A stretch of 7,989 bases of DNA from a virus (Duplodnaviria > Heunggongvirae > Uroviricota > Caudoviricetes): IMG/VR virus record IMGVR_UViG_3300029878_000067; one strand, 5' to 3'. Each line of letters starts with the position of its first letter. The first letter of the stretch is position 1. Made by a program: the position numbers and the translations under genes. Shown here piece after piece: positions 7,542 through 7,989 of the stretch. The notes below the pieces were generated by a model that was given only the letters and a program-made list of their open reading frames with translations, did no database searches and was not told the origin of the DNA.

Positions 7542-7892
7542 TTAAGGTTGTGATTCCGGAGGAGTCTTCAGAGAACCAGTAATTCTTCCCGGTAGCTTTC
7601 CTTTGTAGGTTATCCATACATTCTGCGCCTCTAAAATTACGGGGCGCTTTTCCGGCGACTGCTCATCCCCTTCACATAACCCGGCAGCAACATCCAGGAA
7701 GACCTGTCTGATGCTCATTCTGGCTGCTGCCTCATAAAACTCCAGCGCGGCACCTTCAACACGGTCCAGCGAGATGTCCAGGTCAAAAATTTCACCGTCA
7801 AAGCGTTTTTTGTCCCGTAACGCTAAAGTTACCGTAACTTTATTCTCAAAATTGCGGATCCCTTTCACAATCAGTTCATAGTTTTGAGTCAT
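7542..7892 (-). CDS. Small phage protein of unknown function between holin and endolysin (YdfR/DUF1327-like, assignment from memory), 116 aa
   Basis: ORF with start ATG at 7892..7890, 5 nt after the holin stop; its position between the S and R homologs mirrors the essQ-ydfR-rrrQ order of the E. coli Qin prophage as I recall it. No motif verified. Confidence 0.55.
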   Translation of the reverse strand: MTQNYELIVKGIRNFENKVTVTLALRDKKRFDGEIFDLDISLDRVEGAALEFYEAAARMSIRQVFLDVAAGLCEGDEQSPEKRPVILEAQNVWITYKGKLPGRITGSLKTPPESQP

Positions 7893-7896
7893 TGAA

Positions 7897-7989
7897 TTAC
7901 TCTCCCCGTGCCGCCTTACGACGGTCCTCTCTGATTTTGAAATACAGGTTAGTCAGATATGTCAGCAGCCCAAACAGCAGACTCCCCAG
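7897..7989 (-). CDS. S: Holin S (phage 21-type class II pinholin), C-terminal 30 codons; N-terminus beyond the window end
   Basis: Minus-strand translation of the window end reads [30 protein letters not shown] then stop (TAA at 7899..7897); matches the remembered C-terminus of phage 21 S / E. coli EssD. Absent from the ORF track because the start is outside the window. Confidence 0.78.
   Translation of the reverse strand: MGSLLFGLLTYLTNLYFKIREDRRKAARGE

Noticed and set aside
7016-7553. Plus-strand ORFs 7016..7201, 7176..7553, 7204..7545
   Set aside because: Antisense to the endolysin gene, which has an unambiguous lysozyme catalytic motif on the minus strand.

Overview
This window is a decayed lambdoid prophage segment (lambda / phage 21 / Qin-like); every recognisable phage gene is on the minus strand. 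Reading from high to low coordinates: the 3' end of a phage-21-type pinholin S (7897..7989), a small YdfR-like ORF, a SAR-type endolysin R, the spanins Rz and embedded Rz1, a terminator-like hairpin, then about 2.3 kb of AT-rich cargo carrying two convergent, 3'-overlapping genes of unknown function (4465..5532 on plus, 5474..6094 on minus). Next comes an intact-looking cos site (cosN at 4230..4241 with a three-repeat cosB), an intact small terminase Nu1, and a chain of deletion remnants: terminase large subunit A (internal deletion plus a 69-nt N-run), the last 99 codons of portal B, and the first codons of C fused in frame to the tail of I. The window ends in the first ~743 codons of tail-tip protein J, which runs off the window start. 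The ORF track misses J and S because neither is complete in the window. The most interesting object is the two-gene cargo cassette in the bor-equivalent position: one product has a PD-(D/E)xK nuclease-like motif, the other I cannot place. All homology calls rest on my own translation compared with remembered phage protein sequences; no search was run. I saw no tRNA, rRNA, CRISPR array or IS element.
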